Shown one piece after another: positions 38,491-51,000 of a stretch of DNA of 64,000 bases. Source of the stretch: Octopus sinensis (lineage: Eukaryota); assembly GCF_006345805.1 (NCBI RefSeq), contig NW_021836125.1:183315-247314 (forward strand). The letters are read 5' to 3'. The notes under the pieces were generated by a model, which did not search any database, was not told where the DNA came from, and saw only the letters and a program-made list of their open reading frames with translations. Position 1 is the first letter of the stretch. Each line of letters begins with the position of its first letter. The position numbers and the translations under genes are program-made.

Positions 38491-38797
38491 ATCTGTGCTT
38501 TTTTTAAATCGCAAAAGATTTGACCTTTTGAATTAAAGAATTAAATTTCTGCATAAGTTATATTTTTGTAATAATATTGTTCAATTAAATAATAATTTTC
38601 CCGTGATTAAATTTTAAAAAATTGTGGAAAAAATAATCCCCACTAGATATAGTTTGTATCTGATTTATTTTCAAAAACATTATTTCACATATTCATCAAA
38701 AGGATTCGGTAGTCTAATATTGTAATTAGGTTTAGCCAGAATTATTGAAATTAAATGTTAAATAGCTTAATTTCAGTGCGCAGCGAAATTGTTATAG

Positions 38798-40206
38798 ATG
38801 AATGATAATCCGAAACAAGGACTGTTTGGGCGACTCAACACAAAAATTAACAAAAAACAATCCATGGACAAAAGCATGACCATAACTCAGCCGGTTCTAT
38901 TCACTCACAACCTACACGTGAGCAAAGATTTGTCTGGTCTGCCATCAGAGTGGAAATCCTTGCTTAAAGCATCACAAATTCCGTTTTCCAATCATTTCCA
39001 ACAGTTATAGAGAGGAAGAACAGCAGAAAAATCCTGGGAAGGTAATAAATGCTCTGCAAGTGCTGGAAGATGTTGAACAAAAACACAAAAAATTTTTACA
39101 AAATGCAAACTCTGAAATAAGCTTGGATGAAGCAGAAGAAACAAGCCCGAAGTTTGAAAAGAGAAACAAGTCTCAAAAAGGAGGAAAAGTTAGCATTGAG
39201 TACGTCATCGAGAAACTAAGTATAGTTATGCATCCTATAGTTAGGGTCTCTTGTTTCTCTAGAAGACCCTCGTGAAATATACACAATTAAAAAGAAATTG
39301 GGTTCTGGGTTAGTTTTTTGGTATTTCTTAATGTGCTTTAGTGCTTCTGGTGTAGTCAATTTGGCAGTGAATAATCTTCTTGGATCTACTGTTGCCATAA
39401 AGTCGATGAATCTCGAACTACAGCCCAAAAAAGAACTTTTAATTTCGGAAATCGAAGTTAACATTTGATTTTAATTTCATAGATAATGCGGAACTTAACT
39501 AAACACGTCAACATAGTTAATTATCTTAATGGCTTCCTGGTTAGTAATAGCGAATTGTGGGTGGTGATGGAATATCTTGATGGAGGGGCCCTTACTGATG
39601 TTGTGATGGAGACAATGATGAAAGAGGAGCAGATGGCTACAGTTATTGGAGACGTTGTTAATGGATTAAACTTTCTTCACAGTCACAACATAATTCATCG
39701 AGATATAAAAAGCGACAATGTTCTTCTTGGACTCAACGGAGATGTCAAATTAACTGATTTTGGGTTTTGCGCGCAGGTTGTGGGGGATAGTGCCAATCGT
39801 AACACAATGGTGGGGACTCCCTACTGGATGGCTCCTGAAGTGGTTGCCAAGTATTTTTTATATTTGAACAACATCTAGACAAAAATATGGCAAGAAAGTA
39901 GATATTTGGAGTCTTGGGATTATGGTGATTGAAATGATTGATGGGGAACCGCCGTATCTCAACGAACACCCATTGAAAGCTCTCTATCATATTGCGAACA
40001 TTGGACGACCCCAGATTCAGGAGGCAGAAAGAATGTCATCTGCTTTGTCCTCTTTCGTTGACAGATGTCTCGAAGTCAAACCAATAAACAGATCAAACTG
40101 CGAAGAACTGATTGAACACGAGTTTCTCAAAGGACCAAAAGCCCCTCGCTCTGAAATCAAACAACTAATTCTTGTCGCTCAAGACAGTATAAAAAAGAAA
40201 TTTTAG
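38798..40206 (+). CDS. Group I p21-activated kinase (PAK1/2/3-like)
   Basis: CRIB-like [28 protein letters not shown]; [70 protein letters not shown]. Confidence 0.95.
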
Positions 40207-40878
40207 TGATTTACTTTTGACGTCTATTTTTATTTAAAATTAACTTTGAATTCAATTTTGTGTTCCATACCCTTGAAAACTCGTTTTTTGAACTTTATAA
40301 TAGTGGCTGTGATACTAAAATATCAATCAATTATTAATTTTTTTTATTTTTCCTTGTTATAAAACTGAAAAGAGTGATATTTTTTTGGATTTAAAAGGTC
40401 TAATTGTCAAAAAGCTTTAGAAAATCTTAATTAATTGAATTATGAGTTAAATACGGAAGTTTATCTTAGACCCTACGGAACACTGGTTCTCATAGACAAA
40501 GTCTCTGTAGCTATACTTGGAGATAATGCCCTTGCTAGACTATTGATCCTTTAATATTAAGATTTTGTGTATTTGCCTTCCAAATGCTTTAGTGCACTTT
40601 AAATACGATAGAGGGCTGCAATAGAAATTATATGAAAAACGCCGCTAAGCGTGTATTTTAGATGCTTAAATAGAAAATTCTGCTTAAAGAACTTTGAGAA
40701 TGTCGACGATTTGACGCAAAAGAATATGCAACTTGTTAAGTATTTTTACTCAATTTTAAAACAAGTATGTGGCATTTTCTGTTTTTGACGTGTACTCTGT
40801 CAGAATTAAAACTAGGAAAATTTAATTTTTACAAATATTTCCTTATTTTAATCACAAAATAAACAAACACATTTTGTG

Positions 40879-41291
<413 letters not shown>

Positions 41292-42099
41292 TTCGAATTT
41301 TGTCTATTCCTTTATTATTGTTGGTTTCTTACTTGAACGAGTTTTTTGATTTTCACGCTTTTTGAAGTTAAAAATCTTGTAGATCTATTAGCCGTTTATT
41401 TCAAAAAATTGTGTAATTCTCAAGAATAATTTTTAGGCCTTGTCAGTACAAAAATAAGTTTTTTTGATCATATCAAATCATTTAGAGATTTACGATCAAA
41501 CTTTTCTCTTTTTCGGAAATTAAACGTACTACTTTTTACTCTTTCATAAAACATTGAGGATTTCTGAGAGCGGATAGAATAGCTGGTCGTTTTTTAATAG
41601 CCGGTTGGTTCATTCTGATATCCTACTAAATAGGGAATCTGCAATTGGCATTCTTCCGGCAGGATCATTCAAACTTATGTTCTTTACGCATACTCTTAGT
41701 GTTTTGGGGATAACCACAGACTGAGTCCTTCGAGACCGATTGAATTGCAGTGATGTTTATAGAATTTATTCAAAACTCCTTCCCATGTTGGTACCAATGG
41801 TACCATAGTTACCTTGACGTTGTGGATTACTTTTAAGCCATAAAGGTTTTAATGTGAAAATACCTTTAAGCCATAAACCATTCCTAAATTAATCACGAAG
41901 AAAAGGTAGTTCAGAATTAAATAAAAACAAACAGCACTATAATAATGAACTGAATGGAAGAAGGTGGAATTCTTGAAACAGCCCCAAAATGTTCATAAGC
42001 ATGCAAATAATAGGGATTGGAAATCAATCAGGGAAGATTTTTTTAAACGATAAAGACAGAAAATCAACTGGAAACCTTGTTGAACAACCAAATTTATTG

Positions 42100-44700
42100 T
42101 TTTGTAGTTTGAAAAGCTCTTTTTAGTGCAAGACCATAAATCAGATATGCAAAAAACTTTGAAACGATCTATCTTACTGGAAGAAGTCTTTAGAGCAATA
42201 AAGAAGCTAAAGCATGGTCGCTCTACGGCCCTGGACAACATCATCTTTAAGTTGTTAAAGCCCAGAAGAACCTGGAAATTTCTTGATAACATAATTGTGA
42301 ATAAGGGATACTAATACAGATCCAGCAAGGAAATCAATTTACCTGGCCTGTAGAAAACTTGCGTTTTATCATTCTCCTGAACACCCAGCAGTAGACTTTT
42401 ATCTTAATCGTCGTTGTTTGACTCAAAGATGTGACAGACGATTATTTAGCTTATAGTCAAAATACTTTCAAAACCAGAAGGTCTACGGGTAAAATAGTAT
42501 GGTTTCTATAGCACTGGGCTATTCTGCAAAAATTCCGGAGAACCCAGAATATCCTTGGAATTGATCTCTCTAGAGCAGGGGTGCGCAAGCTTTTTGGGTT
42601 TGCGGCCGCATAGCATTTATTTTTCCTTCTCTTCCACGGCCGCACATTTTCTGCATTATTTTTTCGATATTAATATAGTAATTTTTTTAATTATTAAAAG
42701 TGACCGCATAAGTTGCCCATTGTCATCGAGACCGAATGAGTTCTTGAACAGGAAATGCTCTCGTTCATCAGCGACATCATATTATTAAAATAAATAATTA
42801 TTTCATGGAAAAAAGATAAGAAAGAAGGAAAATTAATTAAAAGAAATGTATTATACAAGTTATTCTAATGACAGCCAGGATCTTTGGTATTTTTTGCGAG
42901 CTTATTGAAATCCACTGGTAGGATAGATATCATTATGCGCAAACATGACTCTAAGTTTGCATCCGTTATCCGAGATCTATATTGACTTTTTAAATATTTC
43001 ATTTTGGAAAATGTAGACTCACATAAATATGTTCTTCCGAATACAACGAGAATATTTCTTGCCAATAACTGATTTATTGTTATACTCTTCTGAGACATAT
43101 TCAGTTAGGCGTGCAACAAATCCTTGTTTTCTACCCAACATTGCTGGTGCGCCATCTGTGCATATTCCTCTTAGACATGTCATGTCCAATTTGAATTCCA
43201 AACAACATTGTTTAACTATTTTAAATATATCTTGACCCCGTACATTTCCAGGTAGTGACTTCATGGATAGAAAATCCTCATGTATTTCAAAATCGAAGGA
43301 TAGAGTACGAATAAATATGATCAGCTGAGCAGAATCACATATATCATTCGACTCATCAATGGCAAGTGAAAATAACGTAGTTTGAGAATTTAATTTTTGT
43401 AGGAGTGATAGATTAAGATGCTCGGCAATATGAAACTTTCGGCGCTGAATTGTGTCACGTGAAAGTGGAATTGCTTCAAAGTTATGCTCCTTGTTGGGAT
43501 CAATGCATTTAACTGATTCCATGATACATCTTTTCATGAGTTCGCCGTCTGAAAAAGGTTTTCCAGCAGATACAAGGATATGAGCAACTCGAAAGGATGC
43601 TTCAACTCTTGCATTTGCCACATTTAAAAAAGTTTTTAAACATTTTTTTTTGTCTTAATTTGTATTTCAAATTTTCGACGGAATCTTCTCTTGAACACTT
43701 GGACTTGACAACTAGGTGGTCTAAATGTCTTTGAAAATGTTGTTTAGCATTGTCCCGTTTTATAGTTTTCACAATCTCATGGCACAATAAGCATTGTATG
43801 CTATTGTTGTCTGTTTCGACTACGAAGTGATATTTTTTCTTTTTCTTAATTCAAAGAACGTCGTCTTTTATTGACATATTTTATTTAATATGGGGTTTTT
43901 CTTGATTTATTAATACTATGAGCATTATATTTAAGATTAGTTGCTCGATGAACTAATTGTGCCCACGGCCGCACATTCATCGACTCACGGCCGCACTTGC
44001 GCACCCCTGCTCTAGAGCTTTTGATATTTTACGTCGAGAAAAAGTGATTGAGATGTCGCAAAGTTTCCTGAATCATGACACAGTTGAATTGATTCGAATT
44101 TTGTTATCTAGAAAAATCAGAGTTCGTGTTGGAAATTATCTATCTCAAAAGTTCTTAACGACGTTTACCATATTTAAGGAAATTTACTGTCTTTTTTGTT
44201 ATCAGAATATATCTGGAATCTGCCATACGGGCGATTGATGACGAATATCTCAAAACTTGATGTTAAAAGAGTTAAACGAATGTACTCACGAAAAACTGAA
44301 ATATTAAAGAAACCCAAGAAACTCACTTTCTCCTAGGAGATTCTGAAGACATTGCAATGAGAAAGTTCCTATCAACGGCCAAAATTTCTAAACCGATGAA
44401 GAAATGGATAGTCAGACACCTGGACGGCCTTTCGCTCCAAATAAGCATTTATAAACCTATCCTGATTTACAATCCTGATAACTGACGAATTTCTGAACTA
44501 GAGAAGGAACTCAACTCATTCCATGGAAAAAACTACGAAATCTCTTGAATTCCGGTGGCTAAAGCTAATAAAGAAGGATGTTTTGTATGGGATTTGTTCC
44601 AAAGACCCTTTGAATCAAGTTATCGAGGGTAGCAATAGAATCTGTTTGTGCATATCCTAATATTAGAGCCAAGCATACTACAGAATGAAGCATTGGATGA
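42100..44700 (+). mobile_element. RTE-like LINE RT remnant split by a hAT insertion
   Basis: AIKKLKHGRSTALDNI; removing 42576-44017 restores NILGIDLSR|AFDIL; later KPILIYN. Confidence 0.8.
42576..44009 (-). mobile_element. Internally deleted Buster/Charlie-type hAT transposon (GTF2IRD2-like transposase)
   Basis: TIR CAGGGGTGCGCAAG at both ends; TSD CTCTAGAG at 42568-42575 and 44010-44017. ORF with KPFSDGE, FSLAIDESND, ICTDGAPAMLG fused directly to the C-terminal YLCESTFSKMK. Confidence 0.95.
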
Positions 44701-44959
44701 CTATTTCAAAAATCTAAGTTGGGTGTCTACCGTCCACGCTTCCCAGGACCCCCTGATGGGGATTTAAAATTTGTCAAAAATATTAGTTCTACTAATATAA
44801 ATTGATTTATTGATAGAATGACAACGTGAAAGTGAAAAAATTGACCAATAAAAACTACTACAAAATTTTCGATAATACCCAAAATTAATATTTTCCTAAT
44901 ACTAATGTAGACTTGTATGATATCCAATAAATTAAAGAAAACTATTAGTAAGGAAATGG

Positions 44960-46811
44960 TTATTGAGCATATTTCACTGCTCGCAGGAAAGAAGTGTAGA
45001 ATGCAGACGGAGAACCGAATCTTGAATTAAATTCTGGGTGGAATTGAGTAGCTACAAAAAAGGGATGGTCTTGCAATTCACAAAAAAATACAACAATCGA
45101 TCTCAACGATCTCCACGCTCATCCGGACTGCCGAAAAGCCAACAAATTTCATCCTTCGACGACAAGAGTTCGAGATATTGCTTATCAACTACTATTTGCC
45201 CACGTCACAACAACCTCATAATTATTAATTGTCGTTCGTGGATGCGATCGGTCTCAAATAGTCCTCCTGTTAAATATATTACGTGATAGTTGTGTTTTTT
45301 TGTAAAAAAGTCATACTCGTCAGGGAATTGGTCGATGAGATGAGAACCTCTTTAGAACCATCTTTCATGCTCAATTCCCCGGCCTCATTTTTTATCCGGG
45401 AAACCTCGAGTTAGAGCAAGGGAAATACCACGGGAAATGGTGTAGTTGGATCGACCTCCGTCGTATTGGCAGATTCCATTCCACAAACATTCCGTGCAAA
45501 CTCGATTATGGCAAATTGCATTCCGTAGCAGATCCCTTAAAGCATTGACACTAACATTTACCTAAAAACGGGATTTTGTTTACTCTAGCATATCCCGCAG
45601 CAAGTCCTCTTCCTTCGGCACCCTTCACGCCTGCTCCTCCAGCACACATAATTCCCCTGTAAATGACCGGTCACTTTCTTACCGACACGACTTCAATAAA
45701 TTCCAAGAAGACGTATGTTCAGGACTTCCTTGATCTTCCAAATCCGATGACTTGATTTTCTGCAAATAATAATGACCCCGCCAACTTTTAGTGTAAAGGG
45801 ACTGTCCAACCAAATGATTGAATGCTGGAAGGCCTCTTGGACTGCGTCGCATTGGTCGTATTCGGTAAATTCGCCCACAACTGCGACCATCAAACCCTCT
45901 GTCTCCAATGTGTCACTTTTATTAAAATGTAGTGCAATACGCATATTTCGCAAACAATTGAGCTGTAATATCAATCATAGGCTTGTCTACAGGTGTAACC
46001 TTCTGTTGTATCAGAGACATAAGGTTCTGTTCTACCAAAGACTTAGGCATTTTAAAAAAGTCTCCATCGTAAGAGAGGATCTACAAAGTCTTCAGAACAG
46101 TACTTTGGGTAATTCTAAATTTGTTCTTTCCCTTTCCGAATGTTTGCTAATAATCTAAGATGCGGAAAAACAGTTACCACATCAGGCGATAAACCAAATT
46201 CTTTAAACTTCTCAACCAAAGTTTCAAGTTGCCTCAAGTTATTGTCGTCGGCCTTAACATCAAGTCATAAGACCAACTTCATCATTCCACACATGTATGT
46301 GGAAAATGCTTTGATTTCCAATTTTAGAAACAAACTTACCAAGAGAGAACTGTGCTAATTCGTTTTTATTTTTCAAATCTCCAGCGCACTACATTGAACA
46401 TGGTATATTACATCAATGAGACATATTTCTGGTACTAATTCATTCCCGGGCGTTTGGGGTGTGTCCAATAGTCGTTGTACAACATGCTCTTGGGCTTCGA
46501 AGGCAGAGTTAAAAGTAGAAGCTGCGTGGTTATTTTCGCAGTAGAGTTGATTTATGGTGATCACATGTGCCCTCGTAAAGTCAATTCCAAGAAACCGTTC
46601 AAATTTGCCGACAGCAACTGAGCAAACCATTCCATCGTTTAATACTGTCATCTCACAGTCTAAGTAGAGTAAAGACGTTACATTCAATTTGTTTTGGAGT
46701 AGCATCAATGTGAATTAAAGTGGTCATTGATGACTTAAGTAGTAATCCAATACTGCAGGTGACCTCTGCTCTAGTAGTTTTATTGTCGCCAGTAATGAGG
46801 ATGTATTTCAT
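44960..46811 (-). CDS. CTP synthase-like protein with degenerate synthetase domain and intact glutamine amidotransferase triad
   Basis: MKYILITG.., [82 protein letters not shown] are collinear with human CTPS1. About 12 GT-AG introns, mostly 22-37 nt; indels are needed only near 45070-45220. Confidence 0.9.
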
Positions 46812-47970
46812 TTCTGCTCGATTTTGAACAATATGAGGAAATAAAAAACAAAGCGAATTAGGCTAAATATACACACCTTATTCTAAACCACAAAAACTCG
46901 CAAAAAATTTCAATCCAGACCAACAAATAATGACTAATTTTTAATTAATGCGTCTCATCTCAGTCTATTTTCATCCTCTCCGAGTCAGAGTCAATTTTTT
47001 CGATGGTCACACACATCCATCTTGCAAGTCAAACTCACTCATTAATATTTTTAAAATTAATTATCTTAATCACATTTTGGCTTAGGTGGTAACGTGCCTT
47101 TCTTAGTTATGTGACGTGCCAGGGCCATTTACTATCGTCTCATTTAGTGATAAGGATTATCAGCGAGTTCGAAACGGAACACTTTGTGCGAGGATCTAGA
47201 TTGTATGTATTTCCGACCCTAACTTTACCATTTTTTAATGTTTTTAAATTTTCGATCATTTAAAATATTTACAAGATAATATTCTTGCTCATTAATGAAA
47301 AGAATATTCGGTACAAAACCAAGAATTACTCAAAAAATTGCTGGTGATTTAAAGAATACAGGAACATTAGTATCCCTTCGTAAATTACTTCTACACTACG
47401 CAATGAAGGTATCAATAAACTAAGTCCCCGTCGTGTTCCGTTATTAAAGAATATACACATTTTTGCACAAATTAAATATGCCGAATATCTTTTAAAACAA
47501 AGAAAATGAATTCATAAACAATATTTTATGGTTGGATGAATCAAAATACAAACTTTTCGGACGGAACTACACCCCTTCAATTTAGCGTAAATCCAATCAG
47601 GCGTATAAACCCAAATGCACCATACCCACCATAAAGCACAAGGGATAAAGTATCATGCTGTGTGGCTGTTTTTCATCAAGAGGCGTCGGTTAATTATTTG
47701 TAATAGATGGAATTATGAATTTGCTCAAATATTGCAAAATCCTAGAAGAATGCCTGTTTCGTTTAGTCCCTGAATTAAATTTAACACAACAATGGACATT
47801 CCATCATGACAACGACCCAAAACATAAGTCAAAAATCACTGTTGAATGGTTACTAAGGAATAAAATAATGTCAATCACCAGACCTCAATCCAATCGAACA
47901 TTTATAGAAAATTGTAAAAATGAAAGTTGGTTTGAGAAAAATGAAAAACATTCACGAATTGAAAACAATT

Positions 47971-50189
47971 TGTCACCGGCTGGATAATGCCCTGGGTTGG
48001 ATAATGCCCCCTCAACGTTATTTTAAAAAAATAAATATTTTTTCAAATTAATTTTGATTAGATTTTTTGATTTTCTTAATTATTTTAGTAATTTATTAAA
48101 GTTTTTTTCAAATTAATCTAGCGTGAAAATTTGTTTTGGTTATCTAAGTTTCCAATTTGAAAAAATAATAAGTATAATCGATCAAATCTATATTTCAGAA
48201 ATGGTTTTACTCAACCTTACCAAAGATGAACTTGAAGTAATCAAAAATATTCAAATAGATGTTTTATATATTGACCGATTTCAGAAATCTGAAAAGAAAA
48301 GATACAGAAAATTAGCAGAACAGTTAATTTTCGAGGAGGAAGGGATAGTATACTTAAAATACAAAAACCAGAGGTTACGCTTTTTTCCCAAAGAAGAAAA
48401 GGAACTTAAACTAAAACTATCGAGGTGATCGTGATCGTTACATAATTATTATAGATTAAACATATGAGGACACATTTTGGAAGAGATAAGTTGCTTTCGA
48501 TATTGAGAAAGGAAATTTATGCAGTAACCCGAGATGAAATTACTGCTGTGATCTCAAAATGCGTTCACTGTCAGGTGCATATGTATTAAATTATTTTTAG
48601 ACAAAAAAGTTGATGGCGACTAAGCCAACAATCACTCCTATTATTGCAAGAGGGCCTAAAGATCGCTATATTGCAGATTTAGTGGATTTAAGAAGGTATG
48701 CTAGCCTTAATAGCGATAATGGATGGGTATTTTTTGTATAAATTGTAGTTGGTTGTGGTTATAGACTCATTTTCTAAATTCGCAGTTGTAAAACTTGCCA
48801 GGCGGAAATCAGCGGAGGAAATTACTAGAAAATTAAAGAACATTTTTTACATGATTGGTCCCCCATTTATTTTACAGACGGATAATGGGAAAGAATTTAA
48901 GAACAAATGTATGGAAAACAATGTGTAATGATCTGAAAATCATACACATAAGTGGACGCCGTAAAGCACCATGGATTCAGGGTCAAGTAGAAAGAGAAAG
49001 GCAAGTTATTTGTAACGAGGACGATTGAGACATGATATTGATGCGAATCCAAATACCGAAAAATACCCTATACGATCAGATTGATTCCACTATATATGAA
49101 ATATCGGAGGTTGATAAAGACAAATGGGTACTTTTGTCGAAGTGGTCGCAGTTTTTTAGGCCTTTTAAAAAATCTAATAATTTTTGAGGTGGAATATATT
49201 ATATTTATTTAAGTCGCTCTATCAATAATTTTAAAATATATTAAATTTTTTACTAATTTATTTTCTAATTTTTAATATTATGGCGAGCATGTACCTAATA
49301 TTGATATAAAACTGGCACTATAGGTCACATGGAAATTTGTTGTGGACTTATGCAACATCAAATTCCGACAGCTCCCAATAAGTAAGGAGGATGCAGTTGC
49401 ATTTTCTGCAAAATTTGGATATCCTTTCAAAATCACGTATATGTCCGAAGGGACATCAGATGGAATTAGTTTTGGGACCGAAGCTCAAAGAGGAGCTGTA
49501 AGACATCATCTGGAATCTTATTTCGCAGGTTTTTTAGTTAGTTATTTTTTCAGAATTTATGTGGCGAAAACAAATACAGAACTATAAGGAATGTTTTGCA
49601 CAGATTGTAAAAGACATAAATTCCTTCTACAGTCCTGGATTTGGATGCCGCGTACTAAAAATGACTAAATTGGTTAAATAAATTTTTAAATAATTTTAAT
49701 AACATTTAAATTATTGATAGAGGGTTATAAATTAAATAATCTATTTTTCACTAAAAAAATTAATTAATTTTAATTATCTTCTAAAAAAAACTGCGACCAC
49801 TTCGACAAAAGTACCGACAAATGCGTACTTAAGATCTTAATGACGAATCATGCAAATATGTACACAAAAGTCGTATAAAAAAATATAACTCTTATAAAAA
49901 AAATTTTTATATAATAAAAATTCATGAATTTTAATATTTTTTTTAAATGGTAGACCTAAAAAATTGTATAATTATAATAAAATACGTTATTGATTCGGAA
50001 AAATTGGTGATGCCGTTTTTGCCGACTCTTGAAAAATTTTTTCAATCAAAAAATGGATAAAAAATTGAATAAATCGAATTAATTCCATTATCAAGTTATT
50101 TTTAATTAATTATCAGGTTATTTTCGTTTGATTTAAAAAAAATTTTAAGGGGGTATTATCCAACCCAGGGCATTATCCAGCCTGTGACA
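47971..50189 (+). mobile_element. Ginger2/TDD-type DNA transposon with an intron-containing retroviral-like integrase
   Basis: TGT...ACA termini; ~40-bp TIR TGTCAC(C/A)GGCTGGATAATGCCCTGGGTTGGATAAT(G/A)CCCC; 5-bp TSD CAATT. H2C2 zinc motif and D-D-E (IADLVD, LQTDNG, GQVER). Introns at 48425-48454, 48575-48600 and 48727-48748. Confidence 0.92.
49127..49815 (+). mobile_element. Merlin (IS1016-like) deletion derivative nested in the Ginger element
   Basis: TIR GGTACTTTTGTCGAAGTGGTCGCAGTTTTTT; 8-bp TSD GACAAATG at 49119-49126 and 49816-49823. C-terminal RHHLESYFA|EFMWRK interrupted by a 25-nt intron (49529-49553). Confidence 0.9.
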
Positions 50190-50290
50190 CAATTTGCTAT
50201 GAAGAATAGGAAATATACTCTATTTGAATGTCAGAAGCTTATTTATTCTTACAGAAAAAAGATTGAAGGCATTACTACTAGCAAAAGGGA

Positions 50291-50690
50291 ATTATTATTA
50301 TTATTATTATTTAAAGACCAAACACGGGCAAGCCAGTTAATTATAGTTATTCCCGTGATCGCCGATCCAAACGAGAGATCCTTCTGAAAGGTTCATCCTT
50401 CCCGCAAGATCGGCCTGAGACGACGATGTTCCAGGGTCTGCAATTAAATATTAATTGATTCGTTCCATGACTATTTTTACAAAAAAATCGCTATTATTAC
50501 ACCACTACGCTCCTCATCCGGGACGACCTTCCGAGAAAGACCACGAATTACTCTAGAAACCCTTCTGCATCAAGACCAACTTTGATTTGAAAAGCGTTGA
50601 AATCTTGAGCAGCTGAGGGAAGTATCGAGGAACAAAGGGACTTGAAGCGATTAACAAAACGCATCCAGGAGAGGGTGGCACAAGCGAAAT
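50291..50690 (-). mobile_element. LINE 3' remnant with (TAA)n tail
   Basis: (TTA)n at 50291-50310 on the plus strand, followed by GC-richer sequence, the same architecture as 28879. Confidence 0.45.
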
Positions 50691-51000
50691 AACTTTACTA
50701 ACGTTATTTTGCGGTGTGCTTATTCATAATAAATAATAATTATTGCAGTATAAATAACTCAGTTAGTATAGTTTTTTCCTAAAGATTGTAGCTATCTCGC
50801 TTGTTATTTTCCCATAGATAACTTTACTAACGTTATTTCAGCTCAGATGCTGATAAGCAAACAGAGCCAAAAACATATAGAGAAATTAACACGCACAAAA
50901 AATGTTCAGCAAATTAATTCTAAAACAACACTCTGCCACTTCACTTTGCACTCAAGACCCTGGATTATTTGATCTCGTCACCAGACAGATCTATCTAAAC

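Larger units (their letters stand above)
47290..50285 (+). mobile_element. Tc1-family transposase remnant split by a Ginger insertion
   Basis: ILWLDESK, TIKHKG, FHHDNDPKHKSK; KNIHELKTI|CYEE rejoins across 47971-50194. Confidence 0.85.

Noticed and set aside
45693-45974. LTR-retrotransposon integrase or env-like ORF
   Set aside because: Fully explained as exons of the CTP-synthase-like gene once micro-introns are removed.
47090-47200. Pol III or snRNA gene (GTTCGAAAC B-box-like motif)
   Set aside because: No properly spaced A box, no recognisable snRNA motif and no stable cloverleaf.
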